DNA of 32,000 nucleotides from Deinococcus radiodurans R1 = ATCC 13939 = DSM 20539 (GTDB lineage Bacteria > Deinococcota > Deinococci > Deinococcales > Deinococcaceae). The notes beneath the pieces were generated by a model. It did not search any database and was not told where the DNA came from. It worked only from the letters and a program-made list of their open reading frames with translations. Numbering within the stretch: the first letter of the stretch is position 1; each line of letters opens with the position of its first letter. Shown piece by piece: positions 8,475-20,609 of this stretch. The stretch lies in assembly GCF_000008565.1 (NCBI RefSeq), contig NC_001263.1, positions 1,850,603 through 1,882,602 of the forward strand, in the 5' to 3' direction. Made by a program: the position numbers and the translations under genes.

Positions 8475-9110
8475 TCAGCCGAGCTGGTCGAGCACGCTCT
8501 GCACGCGGGCCTTGAGGTCGCCGCGGTCCTGGGGAGCACCGAGCTGGTGCAGGCCGCCGTGGTAGGCGTCGGGGTCACCGAACAGGCGCGAAAGCAGTTC
8601 GAATTCGCGCTGTGAGCGCAGCGAGGCGTCGTCGCGGAACATGGTCACGTACTGGTCCTGAAACGCCCAGTCGCTGAGCTGCCCCGCGAGGTAAGCCTGC
8701 ATGAGCTGACGGTAGGGCTCCACGCTGTCGCCCGCGTCCACCTGCGCCGCGCCGCTGCGCTGGGGCACCTGCTGCTCGAACACCGGCCCGAGCGCTTCGG
8801 GGGTGATGTCCCAGTTGTTCACCTCGTACTGCGCCTGACCGTCCTTGAAGAGGATGAACTGCGGGCTGTGATGGGTCAGGCCGGTCAATTCAGCGACGTG
8901 GTTGCTCGCCGGGCGCCAGTCCACCACGCGGATAAAGCCGACGGGCAGCTCGTAGCGCTGCAAGAAGGTTTCGAGGACGCCGAAGCCCTGCATGGTCTTG
9001 TGGCAGGTGCCGGCCTTGAAGACGGCGGCGAGGGGGTAGTCCTTCAGAAACTGGTCCACCTCGTCGGGTGTGGTCAGGGGGGAGAGCACTTGGTCTTGGC
9101 CTTGGGTCAT
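8475..9110 (-). CDS. YtxJ-like monothiol bacilliredoxin (DUF2847) fused to a C-terminal colicin-immunity-like helical domain
   Basis: 211 aa. The N-terminal half has the YtxJ hallmarks FKAGTCHKT (single Cys) and [12 protein letters not shown]...NNWDIT. The C-terminal ~85 aa are helical ([18 protein letters not shown]...[12 protein letters not shown]...[12 protein letters not shown]). TAAGCT lies 6 nt upstream of the ATG. Confidence 0.8.
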   Translation of the reverse strand: MTQGQDQVLSPLTTPDEVDQFLKDYPLAAVFKAGTCHKTMQGFGVLETFLQRYELPVGFIRVVDWRPASNHVAELTGLTHHSPQFILFKDGQAQYEVNNWDITPEALGPVFEQQVPQRSGAAQVDAGDSVEPYRQLMQAYLAGQLSDWAFQDQYVTMFRDDASLRSQREFELLSRLFGDPDAYHGGLHQLGAPQDRGDLKARVQSVLDQLG

Positions 9111-9337
9111 GCCGACAGCTTACCCGAATGCTTTAGAAAATGAACCGGGCCGGGGTCGCAATCGAGTCAGGCAAGCATGCCTCATATGAACTGCGATTGA
9201 AGCCCTCGGTTCTGGGCTTCAATCCGAACGGAGTGAGCAGCAGCAAAGACGGATTTTGGGAAATGGACCCGCATCCGGTGCCGTCCCGGATGTGGGGGAA
9301 TTGGAGGAAATCCGTCTCACGGCGCTTACACTCAGGC

Positions 9338-9574
9338 ATGGACAGCGCCACCGAGTTCATCTGCCTGAGCCTGGGCGGGGTGACGGTCAGCGGCTTCGTC
9401 ACCCCGGAGGACTGGCGGCAGATCGACTCGGGGGCGGTGACCGAGGTCGTCATCCGGCAGGTCACCGCGACCCATGAGGACGTGGGCGAACCGCACGCCT
9501 TCGGGGACCTGCACGTCATTTTTGCGGGCGGCGAACCCACCGCCTTCAGTTCAGGCTCCATCTTTGAACCTTGA
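9338..9574 (+). CDS. hypothetical small protein (78 aa)
   Basis: GC3 is very high from the ATG at 9338 onward, whereas the upstream part of the 144-aa ORF is low-GC and hairpin-rich. TACACT (9327-9332) lies 5 nt upstream of the ATG. The 3' end overlaps the convergent methyltransferase gene by 29 nt. Confidence 0.5.
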   Translation: MDSATEFICLSLGGVTVSGFVTPEDWRQIDSGAVTEVVIRQVTATHEDVGEPHAFGDLHVIFAGGEPTAFSSGSIFEP

Positions 9575-10505
9575 GGTGAGTCGCCCCCGGATAGTCGCGC
9601 CCCGGCCCGAGTGTTTCGGTCAGGTGGCCGCGTCGACCCGCTGTACTCAGCCCCTGCTCGACCATGTGGGTCAGGCCGCCCGCCGATACCCCGGCGTGGT
9701 TGAGCAGCGCGAGCACCTCACCGCCGGGCGCCGTGACCGCACTCGCCTGCGCCATGAGCCGCCCGTAGTCCTTTTCGGCGCGCCACGTCCCGGCCTTCGA
9801 GCGGGCGAAGCCGGGCGGGTCGAGGATGACAAGGTCGAAGAGGTCGCCGCGCCGCTGTAAGCGGGTCAGCCACTCGAACACGTCGCCGTACAGAAAGTCG
9901 TGGTCGGGCGCCGCGAGGCCGCTCAGGGCGTAGTTCTGCTGGCCCCACCCCAGGACTTTGCGCGAGAGGTCCACGTTCTTGACGCTCGCAGCTCCGGCGA
10001 GCGCCGCGTTGAGGCCGAAGCCGCAGGTATAGGCGAAGGTGTTGAGCACCCGCTGCCCCGCCGCGTGCCCGCGCACCCAGCGCCGCGCCGGGCGGGCGTC
10101 GGAAAAGAGACCCACGCTGAGGTCGGCGCCGGGGCGAATCAGGAAAGGCACGCCTTCTTCGAGCGCCGTTACCTCGGGGCGGGCCGTGCCCCACAGCGGG
10201 TCGGGCGGTGACAGTACCTCGCGCGCCACGTTCGCCAGATGTTTCGCCTCGGGGGGGCGGCGCTTGAGGTAGACGCTGCTCAGGCCCGCCGCCTCACCAC
10301 ACTGTGCGGCGAGGTCACGCTCGGCTTCCGCACTCAAATCGGTGTAGAGGCTCAGTATTCCGGCGTCACCGGCCACGTCCAGCGTCCACAGGCCCCCCGT
10401 TTCGGTGATGTGCACGGCGCGGAAAAAGGTGGTGCCCGCTCCCGGCAGCCCGGCGCGGCGGTCAAGGGCGCGGGCGAGCAGGTCAGGCACCGGCAAAACA
10501 GTCAT
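9546..10505 (-). CDS. class I SAM-dependent (RlmI/RlmK-like) RNA methyltransferase
   Basis: 319 aa from the ATG at 10505. It shows the SAM-binding motif [12 protein letters not shown] and the catalytic-region motif [17 protein letters not shown] (10512-10517) lies 6 nt upstream of the ATG. Confidence 0.85.
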   Translation of the reverse strand: MTVLPVPDLLARALDRRAGLPGAGTTFFRAVHITETGGLWTLDVAGDAGILSLYTDLSAEAERDLAAQCGEAAGLSSVYLKRRPPEAKHLANVAREVLSPPDPLWGTARPEVTALEEGVPFLIRPGADLSVGLFSDARPARRWVRGHAAGQRVLNTFAYTCGFGLNAALAGAASVKNVDLSRKVLGWGQQNYALSGLAAPDHDFLYGDVFEWLTRLQRRGDLFDLVILDPPGFARSKAGTWRAEKDYGRLMAQASAVTAPGGEVLALLNHAGVSAGGLTHMVEQGLSTAGRRGHLTETLGPGRDYPGATHLKVQRWSLN

Positions 10506-10511
10506 TCCCGG

Positions 10512-10517
10512 ATTGTA
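10512..10517 (-). promoter_or_regulatory. -10 box (TACAAT) for leaderless methyltransferase transcript
   Basis: A near-consensus -10 hexamer lies 6 nt upstream of the ATG, with no SD. Confidence 0.45.
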
Positions 10518-10596
10518 CGCAGTGACGGGAGGGCAAAGAAAAAGCCGGAGCTGTGGCCCCGGCCTGTTCATCTTCTCTGGTGCTCAGGTCTGGTGC

Positions 10597-11535
10597 TCAG
10601 GGCCGCCCGCCCATCAACCACCACGTCAGCGCGGTGGCGATGCCGGTCACGACCCAGAAACGCAGGGTGACGTGCGTTTCGGGCCAGCCGCTGAGCTCGA
10701 AGTGGTGCTGAATGGGGCTCATCTTGAACACCTTGCGCTTTCGCAGCCGCACCGAGGCGACCTGAATCACCACGCTGAGCACCGCCGCCACCGGAATAAT
10801 CGCGGCAATCGGCAGCAGCCACACGTCCGAGTACAGCGCGTAGGCACCCGCCGCGACCGCGCCGATGGCGTGGCTGCCCATGTCGCCCATAAACACGCGG
10901 GCGGGGTGGGCATTGAACCACAGGAACCCGAGCAGCACGGCCACCATCAGCGCGGCGATGGGCGAGACGGCGACGAGCGGCAGCAGCACGATCATGCCGA
11001 CCCCAGCGAGCAGCCCGTCGAGGCCGTCGGTGAAGTTGAAGGCGTTGACGCTCCCCACCATCACAAAGGCGATGAACAGCATGTCGAAGATGGGGTAACC
11101 GCCGATGGACATGAAACCGGGCAGCAGTTGGTGGCTGGCGAGCGGCGCCGCGAAGCCCGCAAACAGCAGCGCGACAAGCACCTGCAAGGGGAATTTCTCG
11201 CGGGCAAGCAGTTCCTTTTTGCCGCCGAACTTGCGCGAACGGATTTTCAGAAAATCGTCGATGCCGCCCACCACGCCCATGCCGAGTGCGGCGAGCAGAA
11301 TCATCACCTCGCGGCTGAGGTTCGCCTGTCCGATGCCGCCGAAGGCCAGCAGCCCCACGAACACCAGCAGCAGCGCCAGCACAAACGCCACGCCGCCCGC
11401 CGTGGGGGTGCCTTCCTTGGCGAGGTGGGTCTGCGGCCCGTCCTGGCGAATCGGCTGGCCCCAGCCGAACTTCTTGCTGTAGTGAATAAACAGCCCCAGC
11501 AAAAACCACGACAGCAGCGCCGCCACGACCATCAT
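10597..11535 (-). CDS. mraY: phospho-N-acetylmuramoyl-pentapeptide transferase
   Basis: 312 aa polytopic membrane protein with MraY motifs ([33 protein letters not shown]). Confidence 0.95.
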   Translation of the reverse strand: MMVVAALLSWFLLGLFIHYSKKFGWGQPIRQDGPQTHLAKEGTPTAGGVAFVLALLLVFVGLLAFGGIGQANLSREVMILLAALGMGVVGGIDDFLKIRSRKFGGKKELLAREKFPLQVLVALLFAGFAAPLASHQLLPGFMSIGGYPIFDMLFIAFVMVGSVNAFNFTDGLDGLLAGVGMIVLLPLVAVSPIAALMVAVLLGFLWFNAHPARVFMGDMGSHAIGAVAAGAYALYSDVWLLPIAAIIPVAAVLSVVIQVASVRLRKRKVFKMSPIQHHFELSGWPETHVTLRFWVVTGIATALTWWLMGGRP

Positions 11536-11678
11536 GGGCGCACCCGCCGGGCAGCGGCCCGGTCCCCGAGCAGAACAGAAGGCAACGTCATCTCAGTGAC
11601 GAAGCCTACCATGAGGGGGTGCGCTTCCTCGGATGAGAGGTGGGCGCGGGGACTTTCGCCACCCAGCCCCCCCGGCCC

Positions 11679-13037
<1,359 letters not shown>

Positions 13038-13127
13038 AGTGCGGGCAGGCTAGCACGGGGGTTCGGCCCGCAAAGAAAGCCGGGACGCTGACGCAGGCGC
13101 GGGTGCTGCGGCGAGGCCAGGGACAGC

Positions 13128-13670
13128 TCAGGACGAAGCGAGCAGGTCCAGGGGCGGCGAAACCAGGCCGTGCTGCTCGGTGTCGGTCAACGCGGGAATG
13201 TAAAGGTCGTTGGGCATGACGTACACCAGTTGATGCCCCAGGCGCAGGACCAGTTGCATGCCGTGTTCCTCTTCCCAGGTGGGCAGGGTATGCACCAGCA
13301 CGTACGGCACTTCCGGCTCATTGGAGGAGGAACAGACGAGCACTTCGCGTGGGGTGACCTGCGCCCAGAGGTCTTCGGGGGACTGAGCGGCAGCCAGCCG
13401 TTCCTCCATTTCCTCCTCGTCGCAGACGTACTCGAGATTGAAGCGCATGTCGCTGAGCACAAATGGACTGACGCGCTCACGGGCCTGCTGGCCCAGACTC
13501 AGGAAGGTCAGGGCAGCGGCCTGCGCCTGCGCCCACTTTTCGCCTGCCGGGTCTGCCTCAAAGGCAAAGGGCAGCGCCTCACCGCCGAAGAAGGGAACGG
13601 GCAGCGGTTCGGTGGCCCACCAGCCGTCCTCCTGACGTTCAAGCGAAGCGAAGTGCGGGTGCAGGTCCAT
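13128..13670 (-). CDS. hypothetical protein (180 aa) with WEEEHG motif
   Basis: I chose the ATG at 13670 because the longer 255-aa form reads through repeat copy B. GC3 is high. TACAAC lies 6 nt upstream. Assignment to an immunity-type family is tentative. Confidence 0.65.
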   Translation of the reverse strand: MDLHPHFASLERQEDGWWATEPLPVPFFGGEALPFAFEADPAGEKWAQAQAAALTFLSLGQQARERVSPFVLSDMRFNLEYVCDEEEMEERLAAAQSPEDLWAQVTPREVLVCSSSNEPEVPYVLVHTLPTWEEEHGMQLVLRLGHQLVYVMPNDLYIPALTDTEQHGLVSPPLDLLASS

Positions 13671-13727
13671 GCTGAGGTTGTACTTCGGGCGGTGGGGCAC
13701 GTCAAGAGAGCTGGCCCCCTCCCCCTT

Positions 13728-13875
13728 TAGAGCATTTGACAAAAAGATGGCACAGCTTTTTGGCGAGCGAAGCGAGTACAAAACACCGAGCAGGACGGAC
13801 TTGCAAAGCTGCGAAGCAGAGAATGGAGCGGGTGGCGGCGCCGCTGCCGACACCCGCGTAATTCGGAGAACTGCT

Positions 13876-13878
<3 letters not shown>
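13728..13878 (+). mobile_element. MITE-like small non-coding repeat, copy B (147 bp + flanking TA)
   Basis: Same family as 2822-2990, with an internal deletion. TA flanks lie at 13728-13729 and 13877-13878. Confidence 0.85.
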
Positions 13879-16176
<2,298 letters not shown>

Positions 16177-16337
16177 CGAATCAGCATAAGGCTTTGCCCG
16201 CCGCCCTATTCGGTGGTGTCTCACATCAGCGGGAGCCAACGCGGCGCGTCTGCCCAGCGAGCGAGACGCGCCATAAAAAAAGCCCAGCCAGCGGGCAAGA
16301 CTTCAGGGGTGGGAAGGATTGTCAGAAAAGAAGGCAA

Positions 16338-16448
16338 TTAACGGCGTTCGCGGGTGCGAACCGGGATGGGCACCGGCTGTGGCCGTGGCTCACCCAGCCC
16401 CGTCAGGACGCCGCGCAGCCACTCCAGAAATTCACTCAGACCTTTCAC
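16338..16448 (-). CDS. possible leaderless small ORF (36 aa) upstream of relA
   Basis: GTG at 16448 with TAAACT (16455-16460) 6 nt upstream. The peptide is VKGLSEFLEWLRGVLTGLGEPRPQPVPIPVRTRERR. GC3 is fairly high, and a weak hairpin plus U7 follows at 16275-16296. It is below the ORF-track threshold and I have no homology evidence. Confidence 0.25.
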   Translation of the reverse strand: MKGLSEFLEWLRGVLTGLGEPRPQPVPIPVRTRERR

Positions 16449-16621
16449 GTCCCCAGTTTAGAAAATAAATCTGGGACGCAGATGGAAGCCACATGACCGC
16501 TGCTTCATACGCCGGGCAGCTGACTTTTTCCACTTCTCATCTCTCTACCTGCGACCCTCACGACCTTCACGGGTGTTTTACTGAGTTCCTGGCCAGTGGA
16601 CGGGCGCGTTACTCTCGGCGC

Positions 16622-16951
<330 letters not shown>

Positions 16952-16966
16952 GACACGCAGCAAGAA

Positions 16967-17004
16967 CCCGGCCCCTCCTCATTTGGAAGGGTCCGGGCTT
17001 TTTT
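16967..17004 (+). terminator. rho-independent terminator after the FKBP gene (possibly bidirectional)
   Basis: CCCGGCCCCT (16967-16976) pairs with AGGGTCCGGG (16988-16997) with one mismatch, followed by CTTTTTT. It lies between convergent genes. Confidence 0.65.
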
Positions 17005-17024
17005 GATGCCTTGTTAGCCGGTTT

Positions 17025-17255
17025 TTAGCGCTTGTCCGAGCCTTCGAGCGGCGCGTCGAGCACGTTGGTGTCGTCTTCCACGTAGTCGCCCTGCTCGTCG
17101 AGCATCCCGCCGGGTTCCACGCCAATGTCGGGGTTGCCGGGGCTGTCCTGCACGACGCCCGACTGCGGGGTGGGGAACTTGGTGGCGCTCTCCGAGTCGG
17201 TGCTGTGGTTCTCCTGGGGAATGTCAACTTGCTCGTCGCTGCGGTGTCCAGTCAT
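17025..17255 (-). CDS. hypothetical small acidic, probably disordered protein (76 aa)
   Basis: ATG at 17255 with TAGATT (17263-17268) 7 nt upstream. GC3 is high. The composition is rich in D/E/P/G/S with no hydrophobic core. Confidence 0.55.
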   Translation of the reverse strand: MTGHRSDEQVDIPQENHSTDSESATKFPTPQSGVVQDSPGNPDIGVEPGGMLDEQGDYVEDDTNVLDAPLEGSDKR

Positions 17256-17358
17256 GGCGGGCAATCTAGTACGTCGCCGTGCGGGGCAGGTGTGCTGGGC
17301 TTCAGCACAGGTTTAGAGGCGTGCAGGCGCCAGGAACCCGGCTGCTACACTTTTCGCT

Positions 17359-17814
17359 ATGCCCCGTCAACCAGAAATCGGTCTCGCCCTGCTCCGGCTG
17401 GTGCTGGGTGTGGTGTTCGTGGCCCACGGACTTCAGGCAATGGCCTGGGGCGACCTCGGGCCGCTGGTCGAGCAGTTCCGGGCCTGGCATATTCCCCACC
17501 CGCTGCTCGCGGCGCCGCTGGTCGCCACCATCGAAACGGTCGGAGGCGTGCTGCTGTTTCTCGGCCTCGCCGCCCGCACGGTGGCCTTCTTGCTGAGCTG
17601 CATCATGTTCGGCGCCATCTGGTATGTCCACTGGGGCCGCAGCTTCTTCGCGCCCGCCGGCCTGGAACTGCCGCTGCTGCTGCTGGGAGGCAGCCTCGCC
17701 ATCATGTTCGGTGGCCCCGGCTACCCGTCCATGGACCGGGTCAACTACCGCCTCCCGTCTTTTGGGCGCACCACGACGCGCGTTTATGAGCAGGACGGCC
17801 CGCCCCGGCTTTAA
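17359..17814 (+). CDS. DoxX family membrane protein
   Basis: 151 aa with 4 TM helices and a DoxX-like N-terminus (GLALLRLVLGVVFVAHGLQ). TACACT (17346-17351) lies 7 nt upstream of the ATG. Confidence 0.85.
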   Translation: MPRQPEIGLALLRLVLGVVFVAHGLQAMAWGDLGPLVEQFRAWHIPHPLLAAPLVATIETVGGVLLFLGLAARTVAFLLSCIMFGAIWYVHWGRSFFAPAGLELPLLLLGGSLAIMFGGPGYPSMDRVNYRLPSFGRTTTRVYEQDGPPRL

Positions 17815-17833
17815 GGGCGGGGCCCTCTCCAAC

Positions 17834-18002
17834 TAGAGCAGTTCTCCGAATTACGCGTGTGTCGGAACAGCACCGCCACCCGCTCCATTCTCTGCTTCGC
17901 AGCTTTGCAAGTCCGTTCTGCTCGTTGGTTTGCACTCGCTCTCTTCGAGCTGTACCAGTCCGCTCGCCAAAAAGCTGTGCCATCTTTTTGTCAAATGCTC
18001 TA
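17834..18002 (-). mobile_element. MITE-like small non-coding repeat, copy C (165 bp + flanking TA), inverted orientation
   Basis: Its reverse complement aligns over the full length with copy A, about 90% by eye. TA flanks lie at 17834-17835 and 18001-18002. Confidence 0.85.
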
Positions 18003-18416
18003 AAAGCGCAGCTCCAGCCCCACTCCAGCCCCGAGCTGCCCGCTGAGCGTGCTACGGGCGTAGGCGCGCCAGCCGACCGGCCCCAGGACCGGCCCGCGCA
18101 GGCCGCCCTCGGCGTAGAGGTTGAGGCCCTGGCGGTACTCGGCGCCCGCACTGGCAAAGGCGTCCACCTTCGTCAGAGGCAGATTGAGGTCGCGCAGAGT
18201 CACGCCCAACGCGTAACGGTTTTTGCCCTGCCAGCCTTTCTCCGCGCTGCCCTCGACACCCAGCGCCCCCAGGCGCGGCACCGCGACCAGCGAGCTGCCC
18301 ACCCGCACGCCGTAGCCGGCGCTTCCCGTCTCGGCGCCGGCCCAGGTGGTCGCGCCCGCCACGCCGAGGGAGGACATCAGAGCCAGAACCGCCGCCATCT
18401 GCCAAACCTGTTGCAT
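18000..18416 (-). CDS. small outer-membrane beta-barrel-like protein
   Basis: 138 aa with a signal peptide (MAAVLALMSSLGVAGA), alternating Gly/aromatic beta-strand pattern and a C-terminal ...GLELRF ending in Phe. TAGCCT lies 6 nt upstream of the ATG. Confidence 0.65.
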   Translation of the reverse strand: MQQVWQMAAVLALMSSLGVAGATTWAGAETGSAGYGVRVGSSLVAVPRLGALGVEGSAEKGWQGKNRYALGVTLRDLNLPLTKVDAFASAGAEYRQGLNLYAEGGLRGPVLGPVGWRAYARSTLSGQLGAGVGLELRF

Positions 18417-18474
18417 GGGTGCAGGCTAGGGCGCGGGAGCTGACGGGGGATGAGGGAAGCGGCGGCCCTAAGCC

Positions 18475-19326
18475 TCAGCCGTTGAGCCGCACTTCGGCCA
18501 CCTTCGCCAGCAGGCGGAAGGTCTGGAAGAGGTGATAGGCGTTCTCGCTCTCCCAGCCGACGGTCACGGCGTCCACGCGGGTCACGCCCGGCACCCGTTC
18601 GCAGGCGTCGGCGCGGGCCTGATGGTCGAAAGAAAGCTGGCAGGGCGCGGGCCAGCGGGTGGTGTAGGGCGCGAGCGAGGCGGCGCGGCGCACTCCGGCT
18701 TCGGCTCCGGCGCGGATGCGGCGCACGGCTTCGGCGGGGTGAAGGTGAATGGCGGCAAAACTGCTCAGCCCTTCCTTGACCGCCACCGTTTCGACTCCCT
18801 CGCCCAGTTCGGCGCGGATTTCGCCCATCGCCACGTCGTCGCCCGAGGCGAAGGCCACCGGCACTCCGTAGTGCCCAGCGAGCAGGGCGTTGAGGCCATA
18901 TTCGCCAGTGTCCACGCCGCCGATGCGGACATTACGAATAAAGCCGTTCCAGGTGTGCGCCAGCGGCCCGCGCATACTACCGGCGCGGGCGTGCGAGCCG
19001 ACAAGCAGCAGCGCGCCCACACCTTCTTCCTGCACGCCCTGCACCATGCTCAGCGGCTTGTCGTTGCCCGTCGTGTAACGCACCCGTTCGGGCAGCAGCT
19101 CGGGCAAGAGGTTGCGCATGGTGTCGTGGCTGTCGTTGACCAGCACGTCGCTCGCGCCCGCCGCGAAGGCGCCCTCGGCAGCGGCGGCGGCCTCACGGGT
19201 CATCTGAACGCGGGCCTTTTCGTACTCCGCGCCGTTGACCAGACCCCCGAACTCGGGCGGGCTGACCTGCACCCACGACGCCACGCCGCACACGCCTTCC
19301 ATATCCACGCTGATAACGACTTTCAT
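18475..19326 (-). CDS. M55 family metallopeptidase (D-aminopeptidase DppA-like)
   Basis: 283 aa with the typical N-terminus MKVVISVDMEGVCGV, then NDSHDTM and GSHARAG motifs. Confidence 0.9.
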   Translation of the reverse strand: MKVVISVDMEGVCGVASWVQVSPPEFGGLVNGAEYEKARVQMTREAAAAAEGAFAAGASDVLVNDSHDTMRNLLPELLPERVRYTTGNDKPLSMVQGVQEEGVGALLLVGSHARAGSMRGPLAHTWNGFIRNVRIGGVDTGEYGLNALLAGHYGVPVAFASGDDVAMGEIRAELGEGVETVAVKEGLSSFAAIHLHPAEAVRRIRAGAEAGVRRAASLAPYTTRWPAPCQLSFDHQARADACERVPGVTRVDAVTVGWESENAYHLFQTFRLLAKVAEVRLNG

Positions 19327-19362
19327 AAGACCGAGGGTAAAGGCTCGGAGACTGCCCGTGCC

Positions 19363-19368
19363 TACAAT
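19363..19368 (+). promoter_or_regulatory. -10 box (TACAAT) for leaderless GNAT transcript
   Basis: A near-consensus hexamer lies 5 nt upstream of the ATG at 19374 in a 47-bp divergent spacer, with no SD. Confidence 0.45.
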
Positions 19369-19373
19369 GACGT

Positions 19374-19655
19374 ATGCCAGAACCCCGCAAGAACGCAGAC
19401 CAGGGCCGCTACGAACTCACCGACGGCGGCCAGATCGTCGGTTTCGCTGAGTACCAGGACCAGGGCGACACCGTGGTCCTGCCGCACACCGAAGTCAGCG
19501 CCGGGCACGAGGGCGAGGGCCTGGGCAGCCAGCTCGCGCAGTTTGCGCTGAACGACATCCGGCAAGCGGGCAAAAAGGTCGTGCCGACGTGCCCCTTCAT
19601 TCGTAGCTACATCGAGAAGCACCCAGAATATGCGGATCTGGTGGCACAGGGCTGA
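19374..19655 (+). CDS. small GNAT-family N-acetyltransferase (YjdJ-type)
   Basis: 93 aa with (Q/H)EGEGLGSQLAQFALNDIRQAGKKVVPTCPFIRSYIEKHPEY, typical of the single-domain GNAT_CG type. Confidence 0.8.
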   Translation: MPEPRKNADQGRYELTDGGQIVGFAEYQDQGDTVVLPHTEVSAGHEGEGLGSQLAQFALNDIRQAGKKVVPTCPFIRSYIEKHPEYADLVAQG

Positions 19656-19692
19656 AAGTGACACAGGGCTGAAGACGGACCAGAACAGAACC

Positions 19693-19734
19693 AGAGCGCG
19701 GCGACGGGAGCACCCTGTCTGCCGCGCTCTTTTG
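19693..19734 (+). terminator. rho-independent terminator after the GNAT gene
   Basis: A 10-bp stem, AGAGCGCGGC (19693-19702) pairing with GCCGCGCTCT (21-30 of 197xx), followed by TTTG. Confidence 0.6.
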
Positions 19735-19743
19735 AGTGCGAGG

Positions 19744-20292
19744 TCAAGCCATGAGGCGAAGAGTGCGGCGGAGCTTCTGGTCCTTCTCCCAGAACTGGGC
19801 GGCGTGCCACACCAGCGCCCCGGCGAGAAGGGCGTAAACCCACGCCGGCGAAACGCCGAGCAGCTGCGGCAGGTAGAAGGTCACGTTGAGGGCGTTCACG
19901 AGAACACCCAGCAACAGCAAAACGCCGTCCTGCCGCAGAGGGTGGAGGCGCCAGGACAGGCCATAGCCCAGGGCATAGAGCAGTGCCGCCGCGACCAGCG
20001 GACCCGAAGGATGAGTCCAGGCCATCCAGCCCAGCATCAGAGCGCAGACAATGTGCAACCAGCGCAGGTCGGGCCGCTGTGGAGACATCAACTGCTCCCA
20101 CTCCTTGCGCGTGACATAGAGCTTTTTCAGGGCCACTGTCATGTCCTCCGGCGACCCCAGCACCGGGTCAACGTCTGCCCCCGCGTCCAGTTCCGCATCG
20201 TCCAGATGTTCCCAGGTATCCCGCCTGACGCGCTCAGCGACGGCTTCAGGCAAGTCAGCAGTAGCGATTCTCAGCCAGCTTTCTGCATTCAT
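19744..20292 (-). CDS. membrane protein partner of PadR (DUF1700/permease-prefix-like)
   Basis: 182 aa with a soluble N-terminal ~65 aa followed by 3-4 TM helices. Its ATG overlaps the PadR stop (ATGA at 20289-20292). Confidence 0.7.
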   Translation of the reverse strand: MNAESWLRIATADLPEAVAERVRRDTWEHLDDAELDAGADVDPVLGSPEDMTVALKKLYVTRKEWEQLMSPQRPDLRWLHIVCALMLGWMAWTHPSGPLVAAALLYALGYGLSWRLHPLRQDGVLLLLGVLVNALNVTFYLPQLLGVSPAWVYALLAGALVWHAAQFWEKDQKLRRTLRLMA

Positions 20293-20603
20293 ACGGTATC
20301 CCCCAGGACATGACGAACGGCGCGAGTTTCCTGCTCCCAGGCCCGGCGGGAACGCGCTAGGGCCCGTCTCCCCTGCTCGGTCAAGCGGTATTCCCGCCGG
20401 GTACGCCCGCCGACCTGTTGCTCGGCACTGACGACCAGGCCCTCAGCTTCGAGCGCGTGGAGCACGGGATACAGCAGGCCCTCACGCGCCGTAAGCAACC
20501 CCTCCGAACGCGCCTGGATGGCCTGCGCGATGGCGTAGCCGTGCTCCGGCTGCCGGGCGAGCACTGCCAGCACCAGCATGCGAAGTTGCTCGGTGCGGTT
20601 CAT
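20289..20603 (-). CDS. PadR family transcriptional regulator
   Basis: 104 aa winged-helix protein (LVLAVLARQPEHGYAIAQAI...GLLYPVLHALEAEGLV...RREYRLTEQG). Confidence 0.9.
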   Translation of the reverse strand: MNRTEQLRMLVLAVLARQPEHGYAIAQAIQARSEGLLTAREGLLYPVLHALEAEGLVVSAEQQVGGRTRREYRLTEQGRRALARSRRAWEQETRAVRHVLGDTV

Positions 20604-20609
20604 GGAATG

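Noticed and set aside
9140-9337. Long 144-aa form of the 9140-9574 ORF
   Set aside because: The first 66 codons are low-GC3 and coincide with two strong hairpins. A TACACT box sits 5 nt upstream of the internal ATG at 9338, where coding-type GC3 begins.
16243-16281. Hairpin GGCGCGTCT/AGACGCGCC followed by A7, considered as a plus-strand terminator
   Set aside because: On the plus strand an A-run, not a T-run, follows the stem. On the minus strand the U7 tract precedes this hairpin and belongs to the weaker upstream stem. So it is not a canonical terminator by itself, and I kept it only as part of the relA leader observation.
16493-16621. 43-codon N-terminal extension of the FKBP ORF
   Set aside because: The extension has poor GC3 and no FKBP similarity. 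The FKBP domain begins at the ATG at 16622, which has a TACTCT box 6 nt upstream.
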